Shown: positions 26,900-42,301, counted from the first letter of the stretch. The stretch is DNA of 64,000 nucleotides from Octopus vulgaris (GCA_951406725.2 OX597818.1:145080001-145144000); one strand, 5' to 3'. Notes: generated from the sequence alone by a model not told the origin. Numbers and translations: made by a program.

Positions 26900-29859
26900 T
26901 AAGCTAAAATAAAAAAATGTTTAATGACCGGTTAAGAGGAGCAGAACTCAATGGCCTCTTTTCAGGGCGGTTTTGACTCGTGGAAAGAAGAGTGAAAGTA
27001 GTTCTCAGACCGAAAATCTGGTACAAACGCTTTGACTCATCTAAAGGCAATCTAGGGCCATGAGGAAGTGCTAAATCGGGCAACGAATAAAGTCTGCAGT
27101 CCAAGATAAGGTCATATTCTGCTAACAGACAATTTCCATGTACCACTTACAAGGCACTGGTCAACTCAAGATTGCCCGCTGTCTTTTGAGTGGGAATGAA
27201 CCTGAAACTACATAACTGAAAATCTAAACTTGTCTGAACCACGCTGCCAGCCTGTTCTCCCAGCCGAAAGAAGCAATTATGCTGATGCAGAAAATTTAAG
27301 TATATGAAAGTGAAATTATTTAGAAAAGGATACTTTTTCCGTACACTAAATATTCTTGATATCTTCTGACTAATTATGGCCAAATTTTCAAAGATAAAAG
27401 AGTAAAAGGGCCCAATGAACGGATTTCGCCCCTTCGTGTCGAAGTGCTCGTACCTGATCTCTAACAACGCAACCTTCGTGTTTCGCATTGAAGAATTGGT
27501 CGAGTGTCAATCTCGCTGCGAGGACGTCAGTCACGATGCTTTTCCTAAAAGCCTCGTCTAACTTCTTGACTAGCTCTGCCTCTACTCTGTTTCTTTTTAC
27601 TGCTAGTCATTTGCTAAACCTTATCGATTCTGTTCTAATCGCCCTTAATGTTGATTATTTCCCTCTCAACGCTCTCTTAACTAGTTTACTAATCCGGTCT
27701 CTGAAAGCTTTACGCACCGACAACGACGTGTTCAGTTTCCCGTAACCGGATCCCTGTCTATGAAGCTTATCTAAGACGACTGTACAGATCACGAATGTAT
27801 GGTCTGTGAAGTGAAGTTGTGGACAGCCTATGCTATCCTTATCTGCTACTCTACAGAATACCCTATCTAGATATGATCTGGATGACCCCGTGCGGTTTGA
27901 TCAGGTTCACACTGGCACATCCTGGAAATCCAGTCGATACCTGTCAGACGTTTGGAATCCTCTGAGAAGGTTTGCGAGGTTTCTGCACCAGCCCCACCTA
28001 TATGCTAAACTCACACAATTCCACCTTACATCTAGAACTTCATTCCAATTCCCCACTGACGCTAAAGAGCGGAACGTTCCCAGGAAGATTTCCAGACGTC
28101 TGGAAAAAGCTGGTCGTCCTGCCCCTGTGGGGGCACACACGACAGCTAGCCTGCAAGTATGTCTGTCGCTGTTACATCTAAGACCACCGACTTACCTTCT
28201 GGATCCAGGAAAATCGTCCGCTAGTGGACGACTTGCAGATGCGTCCATCTCGTAGTCACTGAAAATGTGTTGGAAGTCCCGTGAGTCAGAAGTTCTGATT
28301 TCACTGATGGCCACCACGTCGTTGAGGTCGTTGAGCAGGTGCCCCTGCTTCCAAGGCGACTCCAGGCTACGTACATTCACGCTGCCTATTCTGTGCACGA
28401 TCATGTTGTGGGGAAAAAGAAAAGAAAAGGAAAACTTGGTTTTGTTTGGAGGGGCGTATTGCTAGTCCCTCCATTTGGCTTGGGATGTTTCCAGGAATTC
28501 TCCCCCTCGAAAATCTCCGATTTCCTGTGGAATTGGGTTCTTAAGTGTGTGTAAGTATTTTGTGTTGTTTAAGTGATTTGCATGTGTGCAGGAAGGGCGG
28601 TTGTGAGTGTGACAAAATCTGGTGTATTGTTTGTGTGTTATTATGTGCTTCAATAATTCATTGTTCTTTGTGCTTATTTCCATGTAGTTTGTAATGATAG
28701 TCTCTTTAATTTGTGCCTGTTGTTGTTGTGGTGCTGGTTGTGATTGTTGTTGTTGTTGCGTGTGTAGGATAGCTTGTGATTCAGGTGTTAGAGTTGATGG
28801 TGTCGATGCAGTGTTTGTTTTGGGTGTATTTGTTTTCGTTGGTTTGTTTTTTTTCCTCTGTGCGGAATCTGACCTCCACCATCCCATAACCCCTTCCTCT
28901 CCATATACATTCGTTTAGATTCCAGACGGAACCTAAAGTTTTTTTCTATTTGAGCCTTTGTGGATCTTTCTACTCTCCTTGATTTTAATCTGATTGTACA
29001 GCACGTCACTGTGTGACATATCTTATCATGGATAGTCTCAAGTGGGGTATTTAAGCTTTACAGTTATCCCGTCTCTCTTGACTAGCTGTCTGGCATTTTT
29101 AAGTTCTTCCTCAGAGAATTGTATTCTCTGAAGAGATGTCTTGGTAACTCTAGCGAAGGACAGTTTAGAGATATTCCAAACCGTTGCACCTGCTTGTTTC
29201 TCAATTCCATCGTTGTTTTTATCCTTGTTGTTGCTGTTGTTGTTGTTGTCACTTCTGCTATTGTTGTTGTCGGTGCTGCTGATGTTGTTGTTGTTGCTGT
29301 TGTTGTCCTTGTTGTTGTTGTTACTTCTGTTGCTGTTGTTAATTTGTACTCGCATCGTCCGCCGCTTCGCTCACGAAAGGAACCTCATTGATTACATTTT
29401 CGAAATTGCTGTTTTTACTTTGAAGAAGGCTGCCGAAAAGGGCGGCGTTGTTTTTCAAAAGATTCTTTAAGAGAACTTTCTCGGAAAAATTGACCCTGCT
29501 GTCTTTTTTGTTCTTTGTGTTCAACAAAAATACAGCTGACGTCTGTTTACCACTTTTGCACCCTCTCTTATTGACGCTTGGTGACGCTGCTCACTCCCCC
29601 CCCTCTCTCACATATGAACGTCACCGTATTTGTTGTGTTTTCTGCATGTTGATCGGGAAAACGTAAGCAACTGTGACTGAAAACCAAAATCAATTGATCT
29701 GTCCCCCAAAATTGGGGGACAAAACGAGAAAATATACTCACCACTCAACAACAATTAACCTGTTGTACCACAATGGTACAAACTTGAAGGGTGCAAATAC
29801 ACGTATTATGTATTTTTCTTTATAAAATCCACGGAGCGAGGTCAAGCGAGGTTTGCCAT

Positions 29860-29860
<1 letters not shown>
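26900..29860 (-). mobile_element. Decayed L1/Tx1-clade LINE (ORF1, AP-endonuclease ORF2, internally deleted)
   Basis: ORF2 start MIVHRIGSVNVRSL...DVVAISEIR, then VCAPTG, VGNWN, YLDRV, TDH. Low-complexity Q/N-rich ORF1 upstream. Homologous to 57390-59995. Confidence 0.82.
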
Positions 29861-29909
<49 letters not shown>

Positions 29910-31346
29910 TAATAATATTACTTTTTATTGGCCACAAGGACACACATCAATACTCAGCGTGTAATGAAAATATGGGTTACAAAACATGTGATGATGTTCT
30001 ACACACATATATTAAGTATTTCTATACAATACAACACAAAGTAAATAAGATAAATTTAAACTATTGTTTCAATCATATACCTCGCTTTGATGTAAGGACA
30101 TTTTGTTTTGCCTCTTCGTAGATAGAAAAAAATATTAGGATGGTCCTTATGTTTCACAGGTTATTGGCTGCTCATCAGAAAACTGGATCCCTGCTTTCCA
30201 ACTGCGAAGAAAACTGGCAGCAAATAACTATTTATATCAGACACAAACCAGAGCTTAACTGAATTGAGCAGTCTACCTTGCATAATGTGCATTCTTTTGA
30301 GACACGATAAATTAATAGGTTAATACCAAATAGTGTATGCTAAATAACCTGAGACAAATTTAATGCAGGTATACCTAGGGTTTAAATAACATTACTCACT
30401 TTATGTATGTATGTATGTATGTATGTATGTATGTATGTATGTATGTATGTATGTATGTATGTATGTATGTATGTATGTATGTATGTATGTATGTATGTAT
30501 GTATGCATGCGTGCATGTCTGTATGTACGTAAGGTGGATCTCCGTCTTTCGGAGATGAAAATTCAGTCGTTCGGTCAACTGAATTATTTACTCCTGAATT
30601 AAGATGCGCCCTTAACGTAAATCTCTGGCAGAATCAGTATTACACAGTATGTGACAAGACTTACCTTTTGAATTACAGGAATAATCTTCACGACAGACTT
30701 CTTTTATGAAAGTTATGTTGTTAGATCAAATCTGGGATTTCGTGATTGCAAAGAGCGAACTTCTAAAACATTCAGCTATATCGCACATGCATAACTATAT
30801 ACCGTTACACTAAACTGGCGAAACATTTGTTACACAAAACGAATAAAAATATACAGTATCCAATCTGCACACGGGTGAAGAGCCAGTCTCTAAGCAGGTT
30901 CCAGGCACCCTACGAATCTAATTACTTTCTGACCTAATCAACTTCTGCAAACCAAATCTTTTGATATTAATTTGTTTGACTTTCTTGGAGTTTGGGAGAA
31001 TAACGAAACCTCCTACTTCATATTGGTAGCGGTGTTTTAGCTGTAAACAGACCTATAGTGCTGTTTTTGGCCGAAACGTCGTCATAGTTCTTCCATATCA
31101 TCTCTTTGCCTCTCTTTTTCATTCAGCACTGTACCCCACCACTCATTCTTCTTCGGCTCACACCGCCTCTCTAAAAAGCATTTGCTAACGACATAGACAA
31201 CGAGGAAGCACGAGTTCTAGGGCAGGATTTGTCATAGATAGGATCAAACTCCCTTAGAGGGTAACTGTGAATATTGTGAAGAAGATAGACAAATTCAAAT
31301 GTTTAATAAAATTAAGATGATTTTAAACTTTTGAATTAGTTAATAA

Positions 31347-32078
31347 CGTTTAGATTTCTTTTCTTTCTTTATGCCTTTAACCCTCCAACGCGGAGTATAG
31401 GCCACTTATAGTTGAATTCCATGTCGCATAATTTTTCGCTTCTGTACTTATACTCTGCCATGAATGTCCCCCTTTCTCTAATTCCTTTTGTGTTGATCTC
31501 CGCCACGAGTTCTTAGGCCTACCTCTCCTTCTATATCCATCTGGTTTCCACTGTAAAGCACTTTTCACTACATTTGGTGTCTCTCTTCTAATTGTGCTAC
31601 CAATCCACTTCCACTTTTTCTTAAATATTTGCTCCCTAATTGAGACCTGATTTGTTCTTTGCCATAGCTCCATATTGCTTATGTGTTAGGGCCATCTAAT
31701 TTTAAGTATACAACGCAAGCATCTGTTGATGAATGATTGTAATTGCTTATTTGACTTAACTGTTGTTCGCTATGTCTCAGCCCCATACAATAACACCGCT
31801 TTTACGTTAGTGTTGAAAATTCTTATTTTGTTCTTTATTGAAATTATACTTGCACTCCATAATTTCTTTAACAGCTGCCAAACTAGGATTGAAAGTCAAC
31901 CGCGACAAATCAAAAATTATGCGCATTAATGAAGAAAACGGCGAACGTATTAAAGTAGAAACCGGTGAACTTGACGATGTAGCCGAGTTTACGTATTTAG
32001 GTAGTAAGATAAGGTTTTCAGGCAACACCGACGAAGATATTAAGACGAGAATAAGTAAGGCAAGGACAGCGTTTAGAT
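31347..32078. mobile_element. 5'-truncated RTE-clade LINE with 5' inversion and 9-bp TSD CGTTTAGAT
   Basis: Minus 31377-31865 encodes KIRIFNTNVKAVLLYGAET...WKWIG...RRRGRPKNSW. Plus 31866-32078 encodes the immediately upstream GLKVN..K.K...FTYLGS...DIKTRISKARTAF. Confidence 0.88.
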
Positions 32079-32440
32079 AGTTTACAATTAATAAATATTT
32101 ACACATGGTGAATATTGTTGGTACTCTGAAATTGGTGTTATATTGGGAAACGTTGTAAGCTGCAGCTATGGTCATCACCTTTGGGCTTGCTGTTGTTACT
32201 AATACTGACTCTGTAGTTGACTCGCGCTGGCTTTTTCTTTTACTTTTCCTTTTCTTTCATTTCAGGGTTGTAAACAGTCGGATGGCTTTCGTTACTACAT
32301 TTGTAGCAACTGGGGAATATGGTGAGTCACACCACTCAGACGGACTTACTTGCCGATCCTTCAAAGTTGTGCAGCTCGTGTTGTTTGGTGATCCTCATCT
32401 GGCTATCCATTTAGACTGCTCTCTAATCCCCTCTAACTGC

Positions 32441-32690
32441 GGAGGCGCATGGCTTAGTGATTAGGGTGTTGAACTTATGGTCGTAAGATTGTGGTTTCGA
32501 TTCCTGGAGCGGGCGACGCATTGTGTTCTTGAGCAAAACACTTCATTTCACGTCACTCCAGTCCACTCAACAGGTAAAAATGAGTAATCCTACGATGGAC
32601 CGTCCAGGTGGGGAATTTATACGCCATGGAAACCGGGAAACCAGCCCTTATGAGTCGGCATGACTCGAGAAGGTAACTTTACTTTTACCT
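32441..32690 (+). mobile_element. tRNA-derived CORE-like SINE
   Basis: GGAGGCGCATGGCTTAGTG...GGTTTCGATTCC...GTTCTTGAGCAAAACACTT, with tail AAGGTAACTTTACTTTT. Confidence 0.75.
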
Positions 32691-33002
32691 CTAACCACAT
32701 GTTTAGAAGCTCATTCCCGTTACCTTCTAAAGAGCAAAATAAAAAAAGGAGGGGTGTGGGAAAGAGAGACTAAAACTCCTGTATATATGAGTTCTAATCC
32801 TGCCAGCTTAAACTAAGTATTTCATTACTGTTGGTCGATAAGATATGTACTCACACACGCACTCACACATACACATAAGTACTAGATCGATTTAATCGAC
32901 TATATTGCTATCCCGTCACTTCACTTTCTCCACCGCTTTCTCCATTCGTATTCTATGAACACAGGAAGCATCACGACGACGACCACGACGACCACCACCT
33001 CC

Positions 33003-33121
33003 GTTGCTCCCGCCGCCGCCGCTGCTCCCGCCGCTGCTCCCGCCGCCGCCGCTGCTCCCGCCGCCGCTGCTCCCGCCGCCGCCGCTGCTCCCGCCGCCGC
33101 CGCTGCTCCCGCCGCCGCCGC
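33003..33121 (+). repeat. GC-rich minisatellite (GCTCCC(GCC)1-3GCT)n
   Basis: About 7 units of 12-18 bp. Confidence 0.9.
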
Positions 33122-33837
33122 TTTCATTATCATCATCATTATCAAATCACCACAATTATCACATCGACAACATTATCTCATCAGCACCATCATCACGACC
33201 ACGTCATATTATCATCGCTATATTCATTACCATCGTCAGCACTACAACCACAACCACCACAACCACCACCAATACCAGTATCATCATCATCGTCATAATC
33301 ACTGTTTTTCAGAGTGTGTGTGTGCTTAAGTTCTTTATCCATGACATATTGGATTATTATAATCAATGTGATGTGTTGGCTATGTTCCTACAACATGTGG
33401 TTCATGTCAATTCGAGTGTTCTCTTATGTACTTGCACTCATATCTCTGATTAGCATATAAGCGCGCGCGCGTACACGTGTATGAACACTAATGATCAATG
33501 TGTAGATACACTTTAAGGGACTATAACTTATTTTTGCATAAAATTTTTCTCCAATTTAGACAAAAATCGTCGTTATTGTTCTTCATGCTCCTCGGTCGGC
33601 TCGGATCAAACAGACATTGCAATCAAAGAGTTACTGCCAACATCATTTCATATTATTTTCAGATTATTTCAACTCATTATGTTCTGATTTAACATTCCCC
33701 GAGGTCGGCTTTGTCTTTCATCTTTCTGGGGTCGATAAAATAAATACCAAGTAAGTATTGGGGTCGGTTTAACCGTATAGACACCTCCCCTAAAATTGTT
33801 GGCCTTATGCCAAAATTTGAAACCATTATTTTCAGAC

Positions 33838-33868
<31 letters not shown>

Positions 33869-33871
<3 letters not shown>

Positions 33872-33925
33872 GGAGTAAACACATAAATGTGAAACAAGGT
33901 GGAAAAAAGAGTACTCAAATACCAA
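33869..33925 (-). mobile_element. Isolated 3' terminus of the hammerhead fold-back family at 50304 and 45424, between (TA)n tracts
   Basis: Reverse complement of 50451-50506 (GGTATTTGAGTACTCTTTTTTCCACCTTGTTTCACATTTATGTGTTTACTC). Confidence 0.85.
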
Positions 33926-33933
33926 TAAATAAA

Positions 33934-33990
<57 letters not shown>

Positions 33991-34301
33991 GGACTATATT
34001 ATCAAATTTGTCCCAAATTTTTTTATATGATAAATTGTAATTTGAGTTTGAGTTGAATTTGGTTGTTTTTTCTTATAAATTGAGCTATCACTTTCAGGTT
34101 TGGCAGTTCGCTCCTTTCCACAGGAGTTTGCTAAATATATGAATCTTCTTCAGAGTAATTAAATCCTGCAAGTCTTAAGCTGACAAAGACTTGGTCAAAG
34201 TGATTATTTTTTCCAGTTTATTTGCTATTTTTTTTCTACAATAGGACAAATTTATATTATTTAATCTCGATCGAAGCAAGTCTCGATAACCTCAGTATAT
34301 A

Positions 34302-35587
34302 CGAGGGGCGTTCAATAAGTAATGCCCCTGACCCACTTCCCATAGCAGTAGAGCAACGAAACTTGGCACAGTTATTAGTCTTTTTCTACATAGCAACCAC
34401 CCAGAGTTACGCATTTCTCCCATTGTTTGATGCAGCTCTGGAGACCGTTTTTGTAGAAGACCCCAGCTTGGTCCTCCAACCTGAACGTGACTTCAGAAAT
34501 CAAGGCTGCATCATCTGGGAAACGCTTTCCTTTCAAAAACAACTTCATGACTGGGAAGAGGTGAAAATCAGAGAGTGCAAGGTCAGGAAAGTATGGGGAT
34601 GGGGGAGGAGTTCATAGCCATACGCCTGTGCTTCTGATCTGGTGACAAGCGAGTTGTGGACCGGTGCGTTGTCCTGCAGGAGGAGGATGCCTTTGCTGAT
34701 CTTGCCCCTCTTGATTTTGATAACTTCTCTTAATTTCTCAAAAGTGAAGCATAATAGGCTCCTGCAATTGTGGTACTCTTTGCCAGGAAATCTGTCATCA
34801 CTACTCCGTCCTGGTCCCAGAAGACTGTGAGCATGACTTTGCCAGCGGAGGGCTGCACCCTTGCCTTCTTTGGAGGGGGTGAGTCACGGTGCTTCCACTG
34901 CATTGACTGGGCTTTGGTCTCTAGATCATCGTGATGGACCCAGGTTTCATCCTGTGTAATCAGTCTTTTGAAAAATTTTGACTCATCTTCTTGGCACATC
35001 TCCAAATTCACGCTCGAGCACTCGACGCGTTCTTGCTTCTGGAAAGGCGTGAGCAGCCTGGGAATCCATCTGGCAGACACCTTTTGCATATGCAAATGGT
35101 CATGAATGATAGTTTCCACAGACCCGGTACTAAACTTGACCTCATGGGCTATTTGGCGAATAATTATGCGTCGATCTTCCAAAATGGCAGCCTCAACTTG
35201 ACGGACAGATGCCTCATCAATGGCAGAAGGGGCGACCAGATCTGGGAGCTGTTTCCACAGAGTTCCGACTATGTTTGAATTCACGATGCCAGCGTTTTAC
35301 AAGGTCATATGATTGGGCATCATCACCATAAGTTACTTTCATTTCATCAAAAGTCTCCCGTGGTGTGCGTCCTTTCAAATACAAAAACCGGATCACTGCT
35401 CGACACTCAACAGGCTCCATTTCACACTTGACTCAGTTCAATCACCTGTAAATCAGAAACCACAATTAGTTCAGAGCTGTAATTTGCCACTCACTCTATA
35501 GAGATATAAATGATTGCACATACAAAATTTCAGCTAGATCAAACAAATGCAAGTGGGTCAGAGGCATTACTTATTGAACGCCCCTCG
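34302..35587 (-). mobile_element. Full-length mariner transposon, second copy of the 3314 family, with frameshifted transposase
   Basis: Same TIRs and TA duplication. Motifs WIPRLL, ITQDETW, MLTVFWD, LLQDNA, PHTFLTL. Confidence 0.96.
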
Positions 35588-36199
35588 TAATTATAACTTT
35601 CCAGGCTTCCATCACAATAGGAACTGTGCTATTACACCATTCTCTTCTTACACTTCCTCAACAATAACATATTATCATTGTTATCAGTATTCTAGTTATA
35701 GGACTGGACACACATGAATATTGAGAGGCAGCACCTTCAGAGAATGAAATGCTGACATGCGATCGTATATACTCTGCATGTGTGGGACGTGACAGAAAGC
35801 GTATATAACACACAAAATGATATTACCCGCATGTTGTAACGTCACACCCAACACATTACATTGATCCGATTACGTCAATCTACATCCCGAGATCAAATTC
35901 AACCAGAGACCAAATCTGGCTTTGTCCTTCCGGTGTCGATATGATGAAGACCAGTTGAGTATTGGAGGTGTACATTCATTCAACTGCATTCCTCCTACAA
36001 AATTTGATTCACTGTGAATATGAAAACAATTGTCGCGGTCGTGGCCGTCATAGTCGTTGTCGTCATCACCATTGCTTACTCTCTCTATACTAACGAACGC
36101 AACTCTGTGTGAGCGCGTGATGTGTTTTGGGTTTGTATTTTCTAATGTGTTGACAGTACTGCAAGTAATATGTGCACAGTGTCTAGTAGTGTTATTTTT

Positions 36200-38900
36200 T
36201 TATATGTTGTATTGTACATATGTGTCGGGGTTAGGACTTATGCATTTGTCAATATCGTTTAATCATTCACAGGGCAACTGTTATGACAGGAGTTATTTTT
36301 GCTTTGACCCCGTCCTAAATTTAGGTGACCTCTATTACAGGTCTTTATACTTAGATAATTTCTCCCCACTTCTTTTAGAGGTGCATTGTCATCCGTTGGA
36401 GTTGAAAGCTTAATTACGGTACACTTGCTATATTGTGGTGGTCCGTGACAACAATATTCGACCAATTATCTTCGATTTCTGTTTGTGTGTATTAGCATAT
36501 CCTAGAATATAACCATTTTGTCATTTTCTAAGGCCTTTTGTGATGGATAATTTATGCCCCTCTTTACTGTTTTAATGTTGGATTGACATCCAGTGTATGA
36601 AAACCGCAAATCTAACGTGCCTACAGATGTATTTGCTCTTGGTTACAATTGAACAATCAGAAAAATGAGGATAATTGTTTTCCATACATACTGCAGTTAA
36701 TGTATTCGACTCCAGGACATATTTTGGAAGGTTTCTGTTTTGATCTTGAGCCTCAATGAAAAATCTTTCAGTCTTAATTTTGGGTTCTACACGTCGCAAT
36801 AAATGTTACAATTCGTTCAGTATTTTAAGTTACTGGCAGTGTAGGGGATTTTCTTGCCATCATTTGAAGATGGCATTTTAAGATGGACCAATTTTTGACT
36901 TCGATTTTAGGCTTTGCATAATTTCAGATGTTGCGCCTCTTTTTCTTCATTCTTATCTGTTTTTCTGTCATTTCAGCTTTTGTTTTGTGTCTGTTGGCTT
37001 TATTTTAGACAGAATACAGTTTCTTTTGTTTTGTTCATGATTCATAGCCATTTAAAGTAATTTCTGCAAACCTTTACTGGATATTTTATATTAGTCTCCT
37101 CGTTTCACTTGGCCAGGCACTCCCTGTATTTATGGCAAGTATAATCTTTCTATATCAGATTTTGAATGGTGTATTTTAAAAGCTGTCATTATTATTCTTG
37201 TTTTTTTTTTCTAAAGCACTGTTTCTGTTTCTGCAGTGCTGATTCTGGTAGAACAAAATTGGTATTTTACCTATTAGTCTTAGTGATTCATTCAGCTTCC
37301 AATTTATTGCCGGAACAGCTAGAGTACTGCCGGCTATTAACGTTTTGAGTGTTGCTGGCAATTAGCATTTTGGTTATTAATCTAATGCATATATAATATT
37401 CTCTCTCTTGCCGTTTCTTTCATTAATTCCAGAGTATTGTTGTGTTCGCACGAATTTTCTTACTTTTGTGTCTTTATGTAACACTTCATTAATGTTCTTA
37501 ATTTTTCTGTCTTAAATATTGCATTTTCCTAATTGGAATCTCATACCAATTCTTCTAGTAAATTCCTATACTCTCAATAGCAGTGTTTATAGTTATTTGT
37601 CATCTGCATCATTCAACTTGAAGCTGTCCAGATATAAAAATTGTTTGTCCTACCAAAGTATTTGTATTCTAGTCCAGTCTAGTTTAACGTGTTGATTAAA
37701 GATATTAGCCTGAAATAGAAAGGGAATATTCTTCTTCTACGAGATGAGACTTGGTTTTACAATTCCTTCTTTTGTTTCTGCATAATTGTTCACCATTTAC
37801 TCACAACATTTTTAATGTATGTGTCAACTTTATCATGACTAGTGCTTTCAGGATCCACATGTGAAGAATACGTTCAAAAGCCTTCTGGTAGTCAATCATG
37901 CCATGATTAATGCCTTCATTCTTTAGATTTGGTCATTGCTTTGAGAAGTAGTAATCCTTTACAGTCTCACAAAATCCTTGGTAGCTTCCTCTTTGCCATA
38001 TGAAAATTTGCTGCTGTTATCTATATTTATAATCTGACATTAATGCAGTGAAAACTGCAGGGAAGTAGATTATGGGTCTGTAGTTTTTAGGGTTTCTTTA
38101 GTCGAGGAGGATTAGGACGGGTTTGCATTCGGTAACCCGTCAGATGATGTTTCCAGTCCCTGAATATCTTATTGAATATTTCTTCTGTGAAAATATTTTT
38201 AATAGAAGTTTGAGATGTTATCGCTGCCTGGTGTCTTCCAGTTACGTAGTATTTTGTTGAATCCAGGACTACTGATGTGAGTTTCTCGATTGCTTAGGCA
38301 CTGTATTCGTTGAAATTCAGAAATTCCCTTGCTGTCTGTATTGCTTCCAGAATCTTCCTACCCCACTCGTGGTACATTGATTTCTATTTTATTTCTATTT
38401 TGTTCTTGATGAAATCGGTTTGGATTTGAGTTAGATTTTTTTGATATACTCAAAAAAAAAAATCATTGTTGCTTTACAAATTGACTGATTCTTTGCTGTT
38501 TAGAGAGATCATTTGTTTCTTTGATTTCGAACACATAATTTTTTTGCTACTATATTTCTGTTATATCCATCATCCTTTCTTTAGTTGCATCCTTTTGTTG
38601 TTGATCTCATTAATGATTAAGAGATATTTCTTTATTCCTTGTTTTTGTTATAATCCCATGTTTTATGCATGGATTTCGATATTTTTATATATCACAGGAA
38701 GTGCTCATTTTTCATTATATCTATAGCGTCTGCAGCGTATATTATTTCGTTTAACCTGGTAAAATTGATACTCGTGCCTATTTTCCTCGAAGCATGCGTT
38801 GGCCAGCTTTGTGTTTTTATGTTTTTCTTATTTCATCATTGACTTTTATTATCGGGAAGTATTTTCATTGGCCCTTTGGGAAATCTACTATTGATGCTAA
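36200..38900 (-). pseudogene. Old, highly decayed R4/Dong-type ORF
   Basis: Fragments NYRPI, DYQKAF, YLDSFKL, KTERFFIEAQDQ, YICRH. Confidence 0.72.
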
Positions 38901-38974
38901 TTCTTTGACTATTTCCACTTATTGTCATATTTATGATTCCTATCTTTAGAATCATTTATCCTTAAAACTCCCTT

Positions 38975-39053
<79 letters not shown>

Positions 39054-39138
39054 TGTATGTATGTATGTATGTATGTATATATATGTATGAATGTATATAC
39101 TTACGTATATATGTATGCATGTTTGGGTATGCTTGTAC

Positions 39139-39187
<49 letters not shown>

Positions 39188-39310
39188 CATATCTGTATAT
39201 ATATGTGTGTGAATGTGTTCTTATATATGAGGCTTTAAAATTGTATCTTACGTTAGTCTGTTGGGATTCAGCGTTGAGTTTACATCAGCGTTATTTTCTC
39301 CATACGACGA

Positions 39311-40610
<1,300 letters not shown>

Positions 40611-40671
40611 GTTTTTGTTGTTGTTGGTGGTGTTGGCGTTGTTTTTGCTGTTAGTACTATTATTAATTATT

Positions 40672-40870
40672 GGGGTAGTACTGGCAGAATCGTTAAAGCT
40701 TCGGACAGGACTGCTTAGCGGCATTTCTTCCAGCTGTTTACGGTCTGAGTTCAAATACCGCCGAGATCAACTTTGCCTTTCATTATTTCGGATTCGATAA
40801 AACAAATACTGGTTGGGCAATGAGATCAATGTAATCAATATCTTACTTCTTGTCCCAAAATATGAAACAA
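40672..40870 (+). mobile_element. Nin-type tRNA-derived SINE
   Basis: CTGGCAGAATCGTTA...GAGTTCAAATACCGCCGAGATCAACTTTGCCTTTCAT. Confidence 0.75.
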
Positions 40871-41160
40871 TTATTATTACTGTGTTTATTCTATTGTTTC
40901 CACTATCCTCTAAGTCCTTGAAACGGATCATGGGCATCACTCTCTTCCATCTGACATAAAACATTTAGCCCGTTCCTGTGTAGTTTAAACAGCGATTTTT
41001 TATACAAATATACACAGCCTTTGTCTTACAAGAACAGAGGTACAAAGCAGAGACAGATTAAATAGGATTTTGAAACTGATCGCATATATCGTTTCGCCGA
41101 GCTGCAAGATTCATTTCAGAGCATGACTACGCATATTTTTAAGAGAGGGAGAGAGAAAGA

Positions 41161-41201
<41 letters not shown>

Positions 41202-41290
41202 TACACAAAAAGTATTCAATACAATGGAATAGAGTAATTATTTACTTTATTCACTTTCGACGGATATTTGTCCTCATTTTGTTTATTGTT

Positions 41291-41336
41291 AACACAACGT
41301 TTCGGCTGATATACCCTCCAGCCTCCTTCAGGTGTC
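41291..41336 (-). ncRNA. Minimal type I hammerhead motif (A9 position mutated) in a solo Penelope-like pseudo-LTR fragment (about 41235-41392)
   Basis: GACAC CTGAAGG A GGCTG loop CAGCC GAAA CG TT GTGTT, followed by AATAAA. Confidence 0.6.
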
Positions 41337-41391
41337 TTGGAGAAATTTCGAACCTGGGTTCTCATTCCTAAGGTATTTTTCGATGTTATTA

Positions 41392-41458
<67 letters not shown>

Positions 41459-42138
41459 CGGAGAAACTGTATGGAAGTTCGATGGACTAACGTTTCTGTG
41501 GCAGACATGGTTGATCAACATCACTAGGTACCCTAAAGTGTTTTTATTCGACTCATCTCTATTGCATACATTTGACCTAGATCTTTAGTCGGAAGCAGCT
41601 AACTTTCTTCTCTTCTCCAACAGTCTTTAGCGCCCCATCCCTGGTTAAGCCAACAAATAGGAAAAGTTTGTGGTGATGAATGTAAATCGTAGTGTTAGTT
41701 TAGCAAAGTCACTCTGTTCTCTGACCTGAGATCAATGTCTACCGATTCCTTCGGTCAGCATTATCATTGGGCTTGGAATCTGGTTCTAGTTATTGTTTGT
41801 AAGCGATTACTAACATTCAGCAGTAAAAATATACAGTCGGAACCAAGGAATCAATATTTATCTCTATTATTAGGAAGTTATTCACTGTTGGCTATTACGG
41901 CACAATAGAGTGGAAAATTGTACTAAACAGAACACACGAAAATTAACTCAGAATCGTTTAATAATAACCCAGCCTGTTTATAGCACATACTTATACATAG
42001 GTTCATGCACGGATATAGACATATGACAAAATATAAATATGTGTGCTCAAACGTAAGTCAAATCGTTAACGCGTGTAATGGCCTGCTTTCGTACATGTGT
42101 GCATATACATATATATGCGCATATATATATATGTATAT

Positions 42139-42301
42139 CTACTGGTAACGTGTAACCCAGTACAACCTGTAGCAAGGTCGGGTCGTAGGCAGACCCATTA
42201 AGCTTGCTTGGTGAAGAGGGTGATTGTTGGACACCCTGTAGGACGAAACATAAGACCTGTCAAAAGGCGGAAGAGCTCATGAGCAGTCAACGGCCATCCA
42301 A
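42139..42301 (+). mobile_element. Copy of the 5' part of the 24610-25163 element
   Basis: Direct similarity to the reverse complement of 24972-25145. Confidence 0.75.

Noticed and set aside
30143-30180. Minus-strand CTGATGA GCAG..CTGT GAAAC hammerhead-like core
   Set aside because: No NUH site or stem I. At best a decayed remnant.
32921-33453. Ala/Pro/His-rich ORFs
   Set aside because: Produced by a minisatellite and trinucleotide repeats.
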